A stretch of 64,000 bases of DNA from a virus: UHGV virus genome UHGV-0390448; one strand, 5' to 3'. A program made the translations under genes and the position numbers. The notes beneath the pieces were generated by a model that was not told the origin of the DNA, did no database searches, and saw only the letters and a program-made list of their open reading frames with translations. Every line of letters starts with the position of its first letter. The first letter of the stretch is position 1. Shown piece by piece: positions 29,469 to 38,783 of this stretch.

Positions 29469-30236
29469 TTACCCCATTCTCAGAGAGGTTTCAGTAATAA
29501 TTCGTTTCGCGTCCAGCTCCCAGGCCGTGATCACGTCTGCTATAACACTAATTGCCGTTTGTGCAGCATAAATACGCTCTTCCCCAATTGGGGCTGAAAC
29601 ATCAGTAAAACTGATGTCTTTAGCATCCTGAATCGCGCAAATTAGCGGGACGGGTACTCGTACCAGCGGGGTTGTTGCTGCAAACTGCGTTCCTGCCATC
29701 AAGCGAAGACGTGCTCCTAGCGAATTACACATCAGACTCATGGTCGCCTTATCCGTCGCCATTAACGTAACGTCATACGTCAGATTTGCCTGGGTGTATT
29801 CCAGGGCTACTAAAGGCATACCGCTGCCAGGTTCGCAGAAGTGATCACAGCTTTTGCGGTCTATCTGCTGGTCATTGTTGATATAGCTGATATCCATTGA
29901 GCGCGAGATATTAATCAGAGGGAGCGCATCGCGATTAATGTTCGGATTCTCTGGCTTTCTCCCTTGCCCGGCATTAGCACGGCGAACCGCTTTAAGGAAC
30001 TCGACCGCGTTATCAAAACGGGCAACATAAACACGTTCTGCTGGTGGGCGACTCAGGAATGATGCAAAGCGCCTTTCTTCTTTTGCTGGTTCCACCAGCG
30101 TTACGTCAGAAAAAATGTCGCTGATTAGCGTAGCAAAAGCGTTATCCACTCTTTCCAGACCAGTTGTCTGGAATTTTCCAGTACGCGTTGTCTGCCACTC
30201 GCCAATGCGGGACAGTAGAGTTTTGTTAGGTGTCAT
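29469..30236 (-). CDS. Hypothetical structural protein
   Basis: 255-aa ORF in the same module. Confidence 0.4.
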   Translation of the reverse strand: MTPNKTLLSRIGEWQTTRTGKFQTTGLERVDNAFATLISDIFSDVTLVEPAKEERRFASFLSRPPAERVYVARFDNAVEFLKAVRRANAGQGRKPENPNINRDALPLINISRSMDISYINNDQQIDRKSCDHFCEPGSGMPLVALEYTQANLTYDVTLMATDKATMSLMCNSLGARLRLMAGTQFAATTPLVRVPVPLICAIQDAKDISFTDVSAPIGEERIYAAQTAISVIADVITAWELDAKRIITETSLRMG

Positions 30237-31105
30237 TCGATCACTCCGTTTTGAGTGGTATCAAAGTTCCTGGCCGGGATGCAGTAATAAAGGGAACCAA
30301 CGTGTTGTGTTCCGTAGCTGAAGATTCGATGCACGTACCACCAGCGGCGGGCGAGGCCATTCGCCATTTCTTCGTTCCATTCCAGGATTGAACCAACAGG
30401 TACGTTGTTTGCAGCAATACGCAGGATTAGCACTTCATCAGCAAGACCATCCTGTTCTCCATCGGCATCAATGGCATGAAACGAATCCCTTCCGTCCGGG
30501 TTATCCAGGACGTATACGATTTCCGGTTCCAGATAGGTAAGCTCACGCTGGTTGTTGTCCAGTTGCGTGAAAGACTCTTCACCTGTTTCATCGTTTACGA
30601 CGCCATAGGTGCCATCAGCCGGGCGATATAAAAGCGCCTCGAATGCGTCAGGGCTTGATTCAATAATGAGCATCCAATCGGCGCGGATCTGGTCGTTGAA
30701 CGCTTTGTGTCCGTTATATCGGGTTTTAAGCTGCTGGTTTGGTTGTCTGTTAGCGAGCGATGCCGGTAGGGGGGCGATGTCAGGTTCAATCACTTCCGTA
30801 ACAGAGTCACCAGCATTATCAGGCCAATTATCATGGCGGCTATCTGCTTCGGTGGCAGCGTGTTCTTCCAGAATACTGAATGGCCCTGTACTGACCTTCC
30901 CATTTTCCGTTGTGCTTCCTTCATTCGCTTCAACCGTCGTTGTCTCTTCTCTCTGCGTGCTGTCATGTTCTGTTCCCTTTCTCATCAGGCTTGCATCATC
31001 AGCAAACCATTCATCAAAACGGCCCATAAGCGTCCTCAAAGGTCGATTTATCAGGTATCGAGGGGCATTGTCAGGAGATTGTGATTTCAATTCATATCCC
31101 AGCAT
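30233..31105 (-). CDS. Hypothetical structural protein
   Basis: 290-aa ORF, first gene of the minus-strand module ending at the rdgC-like/dmt pair. Confidence 0.4.
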   Translation of the reverse strand: MLGYELKSQSPDNAPRYLINRPLRTLMGRFDEWFADDASLMRKGTEHDSTQREETTTVEANEGSTTENGKVSTGPFSILEEHAATEADSRHDNWPDNAGDSVTEVIEPDIAPLPASLANRQPNQQLKTRYNGHKAFNDQIRADWMLIIESSPDAFEALLYRPADGTYGVVNDETGEESFTQLDNNQRELTYLEPEIVYVLDNPDGRDSFHAIDADGEQDGLADEVLILRIAANNVPVGSILEWNEEMANGLARRWWYVHRIFSYGTQHVGSLYYCIPARNFDTTQNGVIE

Positions 31106-31171
31106 GGGACTAAAGTGCTTTACATTGTCCCATATTGGGACTACTATACTTTCAGAGAGAAGGAATCTGTG

Positions 31172-31474
31172 ATGAAAATAATTTCGGTAAAAACACTAAG
31201 GGATTTCTGGGCGAAGAATCCCGATGCAGAACAGCCATTAAAGGCATGGGTTGATGAAGCAACAAAGGCTGACTGGAAAAATCCGGCTGAGATCAAAGAA
31301 CAGTACCGGACAGCCAGCATCCTTAAAAACAGGCGCGTGGTGTTCAATATTAAGGGAAATGATTACAGGTTAATTGTCGCAATTGCTTATCAGCGAGGAT
31401 GGATGTTCGTTAAGTTTATTGGAACACATAAGGAATACGATGCCATTGACGCGGATACAATAGAACTGGAGTAA
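31172..31474 (+). CDS. higB: HigB-family toxin (RelE/ParE superfamily)
   Basis: Start MKIISVKTLRDFW and overall pattern match HigB-type toxins; followed 4 nt later by an HTH antitoxin gene. Confidence 0.7.
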   Translation: MKIISVKTLRDFWAKNPDAEQPLKAWVDEATKADWKNPAEIKEQYRTASILKNRRVVFNIKGNDYRLIVAIAYQRGWMFVKFIGTHKEYDAIDADTIELE

Positions 31475-31477
31475 ATC

Positions 31478-31837
31478 ATGAACATTAAACCTATCCGTAC
31501 AGAACAAGATTATGAGGCCGCACTGCGTGCGGTCGAACCGATGTTCGATAACGAACCGGAAATGAACACCCCGGAAGGTGATTTCTTTGAGGTCATGTGT
31601 CTTCTCATTGAGGAGTACGAGAAAAAACATTACCCAATTGAGCCACCATCACCTATTGAAGCCATTAAATTCCGCATGGAACAGCAAGGGCTGACCGTGA
31701 AGGATCTGGAACCGGCAATTGGTAAGTCAAACCGTGTTTACGAAGTGCTAAATGGAACACGAAATTTAACGTTACCTATGATTCGTCGTTTACATTCCCA
31801 GTTTGGCATTCCTCTTGAAAGTTTGGTTGGTGTATGA
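31478..31837 (+). CDS. higA: HigA-family antitoxin (HTH)
   Basis: 119 aa with C-terminal HTH (SNRVYEVLNGTRNLTLPMIRRLHSQFGIPLESL) immediately downstream of the toxin. Confidence 0.65.
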   Translation: MNIKPIRTEQDYEAALRAVEPMFDNEPEMNTPEGDFFEVMCLLIEEYEKKHYPIEPPSPIEAIKFRMEQQGLTVKDLEPAIGKSNRVYEVLNGTRNLTLPMIRRLHSQFGIPLESLVGV

Positions 31838-31871
31838 GTTCGGCGGTCTGTATGACCGCCTTTGTTGTCAA

Positions 31872-33068
31872 TCAAGAACCTTTCTTCACGTACTCCATAA
31901 ACATTTTTTCAGCTTGCTCAGGTGACGTTCCTGTCATGACCAGCGCATCAATGAACGCTTGCTTCTTCAGTGCGAATTGATCGGCAAGGCGTTGCTGAAG
32001 CTCCTTGTTTTTCTGTTTCTCACGTTGCAAGGCTGCTTCTTTTGCTGCTGCCCGTTTTTTTTGTGCATCGGACAACTTTCTGGCCCTGGTCAGCTGGTCA
32101 CGTAGCTTGTCAATCTTGCCGTTGTCCTTTGCCAGTTTTGTGCTTAAAGCGGCCTGGCGTTTCTGATAGAGCTTCCATTCACGTTTAGCTGCCTCAACAT
32201 TCGTTTTGCTGCTACGGTTTCGATTGAACGCCTTCTCGTCTTCTTTTGTGAAGTGTTTTGTCGTGCGGCGGCGATCGTCACCAAAGGCAACTTGCGTTGC
32301 AGCTTTTTGCAGGGCGCGAGCAATACTCATCTGCCAACTGGCAGACTGTAGTCGTGTCATTGAGTGGATCACATGTTTACAGGCGACGCCTTGCAGCTTA
32401 GGGTTGCGAACTTTTGGATAGGCGTATTCTTTTGGCGGGGCCAGGGCAAAGTTACCCGCAGTGGCGATGTAGCGATACCAGTATTGATGGCGACCGCAGT
32501 CACAGTCGAAAGACACTCGCCCGGCACACAGTGATTTTGTGACTTTCAGGGCTGATTTATCATCTTCTGCGATGTCATCGACCATCTGATCCCATTCTTC
32601 AAAACGTACCCGGACAATGTGGTGCTGGTGAACGGATATATCGGACGCTTCCACTCGGATATTAATCACATTGTGACGAAGAGATACGGGCGTAGCTCTT
32701 TTGATACCAGAACCGTCGTCTACGGCGTTATTTGCTCGCTTAATATCGATAGCCTGGCTGGACGCTACCAGTTGTGCGTATGTGATGCCAGCCGTCTTGC
32801 TGTCATATTTTTCGCGTGCTTTGCTTCGCAGCTTTTCGAAGCCTTTCAGATCGTCACGCGTAAAGAACGTGCCGCCTTTCTTTTTCCCCAGCTTAAGAAT
32901 GTCTTCGGCTGATTTATTCCTAAGCCTGCCCGGCGTGAGTGTCCTGTGCGCCTGGCGGCGTTTGCGGTTTTGCTCTTTCCTGATGAGTTCAAATACGCGT
33001 GTGAAATCCTTAGAGGACAGACCGTTAGTGATATATCGCCCGTCCTGATTTTTCAGGAAGTCAGGCAT
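31872..33068 (-). CDS. SWIM-type zinc-finger protein with basic coiled-coil C-terminus, function unknown
   Basis: 398 aa; CxC...CxH arrangement (FDCDCGRHQYWY ... VACKHVIH) and a K/R/Q-rich C-terminal coiled coil. Confidence 0.45.
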   Translation of the reverse strand: MPDFLKNQDGRYITNGLSSKDFTRVFELIRKEQNRKRRQAHRTLTPGRLRNKSAEDILKLGKKKGGTFFTRDDLKGFEKLRSKAREKYDSKTAGITYAQLVASSQAIDIKRANNAVDDGSGIKRATPVSLRHNVINIRVEASDISVHQHHIVRVRFEEWDQMVDDIAEDDKSALKVTKSLCAGRVSFDCDCGRHQYWYRYIATAGNFALAPPKEYAYPKVRNPKLQGVACKHVIHSMTRLQSASWQMSIARALQKAATQVAFGDDRRRTTKHFTKEDEKAFNRNRSSKTNVEAAKREWKLYQKRQAALSTKLAKDNGKIDKLRDQLTRARKLSDAQKKRAAAKEAALQREKQKNKELQQRLADQFALKKQAFIDALVMTGTSPEQAEKMFMEYVKKGS

Positions 33069-33390
33069 TTTCTATCTCCGGTGCCGAGCCAGCGTAATCG
33101 CGAATCTTGTTTCTTAGCCATGCTGCGTCAGGAAGAGTTAACGTTGTCCCTACCGGCATTTCTTCCATTTCTGACTCATGGCCCACCAGCACGCGAAATA
33201 CCCAGCGCAAATCAGCATTGCCATAGGCGCGATAGGCCGCCAGGTCTGAGCGATAAACCTCATCAATTTTTATCGTGTACTGGAAATTATCGGAGTGATA
33301 CTCCGATACCCGCTTGATCATCTCCTGATGGAATAGTGCGCGCAGCACATCGTCTTCAATGCATCGATCGTCGAGCCTGCTGTAACTCAT
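33061..33390 (-). CDS. Hypothetical protein, first gene of the two-gene SWIM module
   Basis: 109-aa ORF overlapping the start of the SWIM protein gene; preceded by an 8-bp-arm palindrome (33393-33427). Confidence 0.45.
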   Translation of the reverse strand: MSYSRLDDRCIEDDVLRALFHQEMIKRVSEYHSDNFQYTIKIDEVYRSDLAAYRAYGNADLRWVFRVLVGHESEMEEMPVGTTLTLPDAAWLRNKIRDYAGSAPEIENA

Positions 33391-33482
33391 AACAGTTCCT
33401 CACAGTCATAACCTGTGGGGAACTGTATGCAGGGTGTGAAATGCGGGAAAGCAGCGTCACCTGGCCTGGTGACGCTGTAAAA

Positions 33483-33764
33483 TTATGCGTGGGAAAATAA
33501 TGGACGGATGTTTGGGCGAGCGGTTTGCGAAGCAACCCAAAGCTCATACTGGGATTGCATACCGGTCCACATTTCGGCACTGGTTCCAAGAGCGGACTCC
33601 AGACGAAGTGCCATATCAGCAGAAATACCTGTTTTTTCGTTCAGAATTCGGGAAAGTGCCGTGCGAGTAATGCCTAATGCAGCAGCTGCGTCTGTGACTG
33701 ACATGTCTCCCAAATATTCACGAAGAACCGCGCCTGGATGCGCGGGATTATGCATACGACTCAT
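33483..33764 (-). CDS. HigA/VapI-type HTH antitoxin-like protein (no cognate HigB adjacent)
   Basis: 93 aa with [13 protein letters not shown] and [38 protein letters not shown], the classical HigA signature. Confidence 0.65.
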   Translation of the reverse strand: MSRMHNPAHPGAVLREYLGDMSVTDAAAALGITRTALSRILNEKTGISADMALRLESALGTSAEMWTGMQSQYELWVASQTARPNIRPLFSHA

Positions 33765-34060
33765 ATGTGGAAAGCAACCCGTTTACCGGTTGGCAATTCA
33801 ACGTCCAGACTCAACTTTCCACCCATAGCCTCAACGTAACGTTTAAGCGTTGCTACTTTCAAGTCATTGCCTCGTTGTTCAAGTTTTGTGATGGCTGGTT
33901 GACTAATTCCCATCGCATCGGCAACTGTTTTTTGTGATAACTGAAGCTCCTCTCTCAACATCTGCAATCCGACTTCCAGAATCATTTCATCAGCCTGCTC
34001 TTTGATACGAGCTTGGCTTTCAGGGGATTGCGCAGCAATAACTTCTCTTAGAGTTCTCAT
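33761..34060 (-). CDS. XRE-family HTH antitoxin
   Basis: 99 aa with HTH ([21 protein letters not shown]), start overlapping the toxin stop. Confidence 0.6.
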   Translation of the reverse strand: MRTLREVIAAQSPESQARIKEQADEMILEVGLQMLREELQLSQKTVADAMGISQPAITKLEQRGNDLKVATLKRYVEAMGGKLSLDVELPTGKRVAFHI

Positions 34061-34407
34061 TATTTTTTCTCAAGTTCTGCAAGATGGTTGGAAAATTCGT
34101 CGTCTGCAATCCGTATCATTCTTTCGTAGAACTTTTTATCGTTACTCTTATCTCCGGCGCACAGGATTATGGCTTGCCTTACCGGATCAAATGCGAAGAA
34201 TGCTCTGATAGGGCGACCAGCGTACTGAATCCGTAACTCCTTCATGTTTTTATGGCGTGAGCCTTTAACTGTGTCGGCATATGGCCTTGATAATGAAGGG
34301 CCATATGTTTCCAGATTGATCAGGTCAACCAGGATTTTTTCTTTTAATGCAGGTTCCTGTTCCTGGAACCATTCATCAAAAATTTTTCCAAAATAAATTT
34401 GCCACAT
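34060..34407 (-). CDS. RelE/ParE-superfamily toxin (Gp49/DUF891-like)
   Basis: 115 aa; toxin-first order with overlapping HTH antitoxin; sequence pattern of the phage Gp49-like killer family. Confidence 0.55.
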   Translation of the reverse strand: MWQIYFGKIFDEWFQEQEPALKEKILVDLINLETYGPSLSRPYADTVKGSRHKNMKELRIQYAGRPIRAFFAFDPVRQAIILCAGDKSNDKKFYERMIRIADDEFSNHLAELEKK

Positions 34408-34442
34408 AGTTATTCAAAATCCTTTTTAATAAACTACATGTT

Positions 34443-34479
34443 ATAAACTACAGGTTATATCATATAACCTGTAGTTTAT
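34443..34479. promoter_or_regulatory. Perfect 37-bp palindrome upstream of the toxin gene (probable autoregulatory operator)
   Basis: ataaactacaggttatat-c-atataacctgtagtttat, 36 nt upstream of the toxin start codon. Confidence 0.6.
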
Positions 34480-34512
34480 ATTTTCAAGGCCATTTTTTAT
34501 TCGATTTAGCAT

Positions 34513-35166
34513 TTAAAGTATCACGGTATCCTCATCAACTTCTTTCCCTGCCAGTGACTTTGGCTGGGAGGCTGCTGCTTTAACCTTCTCATGCCCAATA
34601 ATGGACAGGAACGAGGCCATTATCCCTGCTTTGTTTTCTTTCTCTACCGCTCCTGTCATTTGTTTCAGGTAATCCGCGCTGGCAACATTGTGGTATACCG
34701 TTGCATAGCAGCACAGAATCATCAGGATGTGCTCTGGTCGGATATCTTGCCAGTTAACTCGATAAACCTCTTCACCGTTGCCGTTGTATTCGGTATCGAC
34801 GATAGAGTCGGGGATCTCAAATGCCCCTTTGTTCTTGTCAGGCAGGGATAGCAGCCTTTGTAGTTTCAGCTCCCGGTATCTTTCCATGCCGACAATGATC
34901 GCCGCTCTGCCGTCGGCGTGCCGTGTTTTTAATGTTACCTGACTGGCACCTGTACCGGCTGAAATGGTTGGCGTGATTTCGTCAACCAGCACCTTAAATT
35001 CACTTTTACGCAGCTCGGCAATTGCTGGTGGAATTTTTCGTTTTTGTTCAATAGCAGATGCAGGGAGCGGCTTTACTTTGTCAATTACAAGCGCGCCGTC
35101 TTTCAGGACTGCCGTAGCCATCAGCGGCTTGTTAGTCGAAAGGCTGAATATTGCGATCTTTTGCAT
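34513..35166 (-). CDS. Hypothetical protein
   Basis: 217-aa ORF; no motif recognised. Confidence 0.45.
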   Translation of the reverse strand: MQKIAIFSLSTNKPLMATAVLKDGALVIDKVKPLPASAIEQKRKIPPAIAELRKSEFKVLVDEITPTISAGTGASQVTLKTRHADGRAAIIVGMERYRELKLQRLLSLPDKNKGAFEIPDSIVDTEYNGNGEEVYRVNWQDIRPEHILMILCCYATVYHNVASADYLKQMTGAVEKENKAGIMASFLSIIGHEKVKAAASQPKSLAGKEVDEDTVIL

Positions 35167-35190
35167 GGCTTTTACTCCACGATAGCAGGC

Positions 35191-35217
35191 ACAAAAAAAG
35201 GCCGCACATGGCGGCCT
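35191..35217 (-). terminator. Minus-strand Rho-independent terminator-like hairpin in the leader of the 34513-35166 gene
   Basis: Plus strand aaaaaaa-ggccgc-acatg-gcggcc; on the minus strand the stem-loop is followed by a U7 tract; lies only about 25 nt upstream of the start codon. Confidence 0.5.
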
Positions 35218-35431
35218 GCTTTGGCGTTATGACTCCCTACCGCGCATCGGCTGAAAGTTAGTCGTCAAAAGAACCTTCAACGGGAGCCGTTTGCGTAATG
35301 GATTTTGTCCAGATTGTGATTTCCAGAATAGTGTCAACAATTTTTTTGAATTTTTTATTCGCTCTGAATTTGGCCTAGGTCATTTTGGCGTAGATGTTTG
35401 CTTTTGTAACATAAAGCTTCAGTTTGTTTAC

Positions 35432-36055
35432 ATGAAGGATGGTTTTGTGAAGTTAAGGGTTTTGGGAGCAGTGCTCGCGGTTATATTGGGGGGAGTTTCT
35501 CTTAATGCTGCCTATGCAGGCGCGTTACCTGCAAAGTATGAGGCTGGGCTGAAGGTGTTACGAAACGCCAAAACAAACTATACGCCTGATGAAGTTTCAA
35601 ACTATTGCCAGAAAGAAAATATCCCACTGAAACCTGTAGAGCCATTCTTTAAAAGCAACATAGAGTTCTGTGTATTTGCGTATGCAGCAGATGAAACAGG
35701 AAAGGCCATACAAAAGACAGGGTATTCCACCAAAGACACAATGTCAGTGTTAAGTAACGGCGTGTTGCAGTTTGAGCTTTATCGTCAGCAAGGAATGGGA
35801 GATCTATTGCAGCCTTTGTATGGTCTAGCATTGGTGCCGGAAGGTCAGCAGTTTCTGATCAAAAAAGGCCTCATGAGGCAGGAAGATGTAGCTGGTTTCG
35901 ATGCCATCGTTGCCTATGAAAAACAACTCAAGGAACAGCGCAATAAAAAACCATCTGCCTCATGCGTGCAAAGCAAAACAGCAGAATACAGCGCAGTGGC
36001 TGGGCCTTTAGCCCCACAAATGGCAGAGCAATGGTGTAAACAATACGGGCAATAA
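35432..36055 (+). CDS. Secreted protein with signal peptide, function unknown
   Basis: N-terminus MKDGFVKLRVLGAVLAVILGGVSLNAAYAG is a typical Sec signal peptide. Confidence 0.55.
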   Translation: MKDGFVKLRVLGAVLAVILGGVSLNAAYAGALPAKYEAGLKVLRNAKTNYTPDEVSNYCQKENIPLKPVEPFFKSNIEFCVFAYAADETGKAIQKTGYSTKDTMSVLSNGVLQFELYRQQGMGDLLQPLYGLALVPEGQQFLIKKGLMRQEDVAGFDAIVAYEKQLKEQRNKKPSASCVQSKTAEYSAVAGPLAPQMAEQWCKQYGQ

Positions 36056-36075
36056 GTTACGCAGCGGAGGCAGAA

Positions 36076-36468
36076 TTGAAAAGATTAGCTATTGCTTTAT
36101 TGGCAGCTTTCCCTTTGATCGCTCACGCCGGGAATTTACAAGTGAAGTGCGGTAGGTTTGATATAAAAATCTATCCGAACGCCATATTTCTGAATGGGAA
36201 TAAGGTCGATAACGCGCACCGGAAAACTGAATCTGACGTAATGAGCTATGTGTTCCAGGAGTATGCCGAGATGGGGGGAACTTACACGTTGTACTCGCTG
36301 GATGTTCCATCTCGCGGTGATATGACGTTATCTCATCAATGGCAGAACGCCGATGGCGAAGCTCTGCGCGAGGTTAAAACAGAAAAATGTGGCACTTTCC
36401 ATTCTTTTAAAGGGAAAGCGCCCAATGTTAAATCTACGCTTGAAAAACAGCGTGCTGGTGAGCTTTAA
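36076..36468 (+). CDS. Secreted protein with signal peptide, function unknown
   Basis: N-terminus MKRLAIALLAAFPLIAHAG. Confidence 0.55.
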   Translation: MKRLAIALLAAFPLIAHAGNLQVKCGRFDIKIYPNAIFLNGNKVDNAHRKTESDVMSYVFQEYAEMGGTYTLYSLDVPSRGDMTLSHQWQNADGEALREVKTEKCGTFHSFKGKAPNVKSTLEKQRAGEL

Positions 36469-36803
36469 ACCCCTTTAATCACGGAGATTTCGTTTCCCGC
36501 ACGATAGCGGCGGGGAACGGAACTCTCCATCAGGTCACGAATTACTCCCGCTTCACGCAGTTCCTCTGTCTCCCAGTATCTGTTTGTCACCAGGTCAAGG
36601 CTGGCAATGACTTTATGCCGGTCATTCGGCATTGCTTCTTTTTCAGCCATTATCATCAGTGAGAACTCTTCATCCAGTAGAATTTGATACCAGACTTTTG
36701 ACAGTTCCAACTCTCTAATGAGGGTGAAGCGCCGCTCAATTGTGGCAGCAGAATAAGTGAAATCTATTTTTTTGGTGGCATACATTTTGCTGTGTCCGGT
36801 CAC
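36465..36803 (-). CDS. Hypothetical protein
   Basis: 112-aa ORF downstream of the antirepressor gene on the same strand. Confidence 0.4.
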   Translation of the reverse strand: MTGHSKMYATKKIDFTYSAATIERRFTLIRELELSKVWYQILLDEEFSLMIMAEKEAMPNDRHKVIASLDLVTNRYWETEELREAGVIRDLMESSVPRRYRAGNEISVIKGV

Positions 36804-36842
36804 TTAGTAGTTAAAGCCCCGGCATGACCGGGGCAAAAGCTA

Positions 36843-37769
36843 TTAACTAATAATCCAGTCGGTTGCTGCTACATCTTCTGGCTGCAAATCAATCGCACAG
36901 ATCTTACCGTCGCGAATGGTGCGCCAGTTTTTCCGTGAGCCTCTTTCGGGCCATACCCAGACACTTTCAGGCCAGGATGCTCGACGGCATACGGTTGCAT
37001 ACCCTGTTTTAATCTTCTCTCTGGCGGTATGCAACGACAGGTTTGCCTTTGGACTTTCAGGCACAGGATGGTGAATGGCCTGAAATAGCCCCATCCTGGG
37101 ATGATACCAGCGTTTGTTACGTGGTTCTGCCTCCGACATAACCTGCTTAAAGGCTTTCCGGAAGGGGGCCAGGGCCACAATGGAACGTCGCGCAAGCAAA
37201 CCGTCGGGAGTTAAAAACTCATGCGTATCAGTGGGTATCCGGTAAGCGTTGACCAGGTTACGGCATTTGGCTTCAGTCAGGCCACATTTCGCCGCCAACT
37301 GGCGGTAGCCAATGTAGCCTTCCGGAATATTGCCTTTCTTGATCTGCTCGACGGTTTCAGCGACTTTGGACACTTGTGCCGATACTTCGGCTACCTGGGC
37401 ATTAACAGCGTTGATCCGGCGTTCATGCTCAAGATGCATTTGCGCCATTTCAGCCAGGATTTCGGCTTTTGATTTTAACGGTCCCCTGGCATTCTCCAGT
37501 TCGCGCCAGCGGTCCACCAGCCGGGCGGTGAATTCCGGAGAGAGCTGTGCGACGACAATGATACTATCGCGCTTGCCTTGCTCGCCTTCGAAGACGTAAT
37601 AGCTCGCCGGGCGGCCTGCGGTGGGCTTTTCCTCAATTTGAGGAAAAGATATTACGCCCCGTTCCGCCAGGTGTTCAATGGTGCGTTTAACGTTATCAGG
37701 GCGCTTACCTACCAGTTCCGCGATCTCAATGCTGGTCATTGTCGCTTTTTGAGAGATGGACAGATTCAT
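36843..37769 (-). CDS. Rha-family antirepressor-like protein
   Basis: N-terminus MTSIEIAELVGKRPDNVKRTIEHL matches the phage Rha regulatory domain; position downstream of the icd-like ORF and c4-like RNA mirrors the P1 immI operon. Confidence 0.6.
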   Translation of the reverse strand: MNLSISQKATMTSIEIAELVGKRPDNVKRTIEHLAERGVISFPQIEEKPTAGRPASYYVFEGEQGKRDSIIVVAQLSPEFTARLVDRWRELENARGPLKSKAEILAEMAQMHLEHERRINAVNAQVAEVSAQVSKVAETVEQIKKGNIPEGYIGYRQLAAKCGLTEAKCRNLVNAYRIPTDTHEFLTPDGLLARRSIVALAPFRKAFKQVMSEAEPRNKRWYHPRMGLFQAIHHPVPESPKANLSLHTAREKIKTGYATVCRRASWPESVWVWPERGSRKNWRTIRDGKICAIDLQPEDVAATDWIIS

Positions 37770-37984
37770 CAGTGCACCTCCACGCAGTTCATCGGCAGAT
37801 TCCAGTAATTGAGGATCTCCATCGCATCAAGAGTGAAGCGAGCAGCAAAAATGCAGGGTTCTTCGGGAAGGTATGAGCGCGCTTCTGCTTCGGTAGCTGC
37901 CATGACGCAGATGTAGAGGTGTTTTTGGCAGGAATAGAAACGCCAGATAAATTCAGAATGAGTTGGGGTAGGGATAGTAGCCAT
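37769..37984 (-). CDS. Icd-like small ORF
   Basis: 71-aa ORF with a perfect SD (AAGGAGG), stop overlapping the antirepressor start; positional analogy to P1 icd. Confidence 0.4.
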   Translation of the reverse strand: MATIPTPTHSEFIWRFYSCQKHLYICVMAATEAEARSYLPEEPCIFAARFTLDAMEILNYWNLPMNCVEVH

Positions 37985-38165
37985 ATTGGCAGCCTCCTTT
38001 GACTAAGTTAAGGAGCTACCGCGTGAGGTTCCAATCTCAATGGCGGTAGCACTGACTGGGTTGGAACTACCGGCGTCAAAGGGAACCGGCCTGCCTTTCG
38101 GCAGCCCAGCCAGCACTACCATTGATCTCTGAGCTAAACGCTAAGTATGGCTGTGCGATGGCATG

Positions 38166-38235
38166 ACACAAAAAAAGACGCTTTCGGCGTCTGTGTCGCC
38201 TTTGACATTATCCGGGGTTCCAATCCCGGCACCCG
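38166..38235 (-). ncRNA. Candidate c4-like antisense RNA (stem-loop with AUUGGAAC loop plus intrinsic terminator)
   Basis: Minus-strand hairpin CCGGG-AUUGGAAC-CCCGG (38212-38229) followed by terminator AGACGCCGAAAGCGUCU + U7 (38169-38192); complementary GUUCCAA site at 38061-38067 on the same strand upstream of the icd-like SD. Confidence 0.4.
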
Positions 38236-38783
38236 TTTTTCTAAGGTGCCGTAGAAATATACCCCACGATAATGCCTGGGCGCAACAGTCTGTATTTTTA
38301 TGCTTTGGAGGATTTCTTCCGGGCTTGTTTGCAAGCGTAGGCCATTGCTTTAGCTTTCACTTCATCCAGCTTTCCGGTGATCACTTCTTTTCCGAGAGTG
38401 ACAAACCAGTCATAGCAACCGCCAGTGATGTTCTGGATTTGAAAGTTGAGGTAGCGAACGGTCATTTTGACACCCCCAGCGCGAGTAAAGAATGCAGATT
38501 ATCGCGTGAGTGGCGGACAATGAGTGATGGGGAAAGACAGTAGTTGTTCATAGTGTAGTGACTCCTTGCTTTCGGAGCCGCCATCGACTGTTCCACGGTC
38601 TGGTGGCGGCGCAATAAAGGCTGGAACACCGTGAGTCAACGGGGGCTTTTCAGCCACCTATATTGCACCGCCATTGGTATGGCGGCGGCAATCATACGAA
38701 AAACCAAACGGTTTGTCTCAAAAAGTTGACCGGTGTACCAATCGGTTGTGAATGTACAACGGTGAATTTCACAATTCAACTTA

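Noticed and set aside
38015-38229. Possible tRNA genes suggested by GGTTCCAAT-containing hairpins resembling a T-arm
   Set aside because: No cloverleaf can be built: no D-arm or anticodon arm with correct spacing, the loop has C at the conserved purine position, and there is no CCA-adjacent acceptor stem; better explained as antisense-RNA loops and targets.
38163-38543. Plus-strand 126-aa ORF in the track
   Set aside because: It overlaps the structured hairpins, terminator and complementary motifs of the c4-like region and has no convincing RBS; regarded as a spurious ORF over a regulatory RNA region. A 57-aa minus-strand ORF (about 38302-38475) is also unconfirmed.
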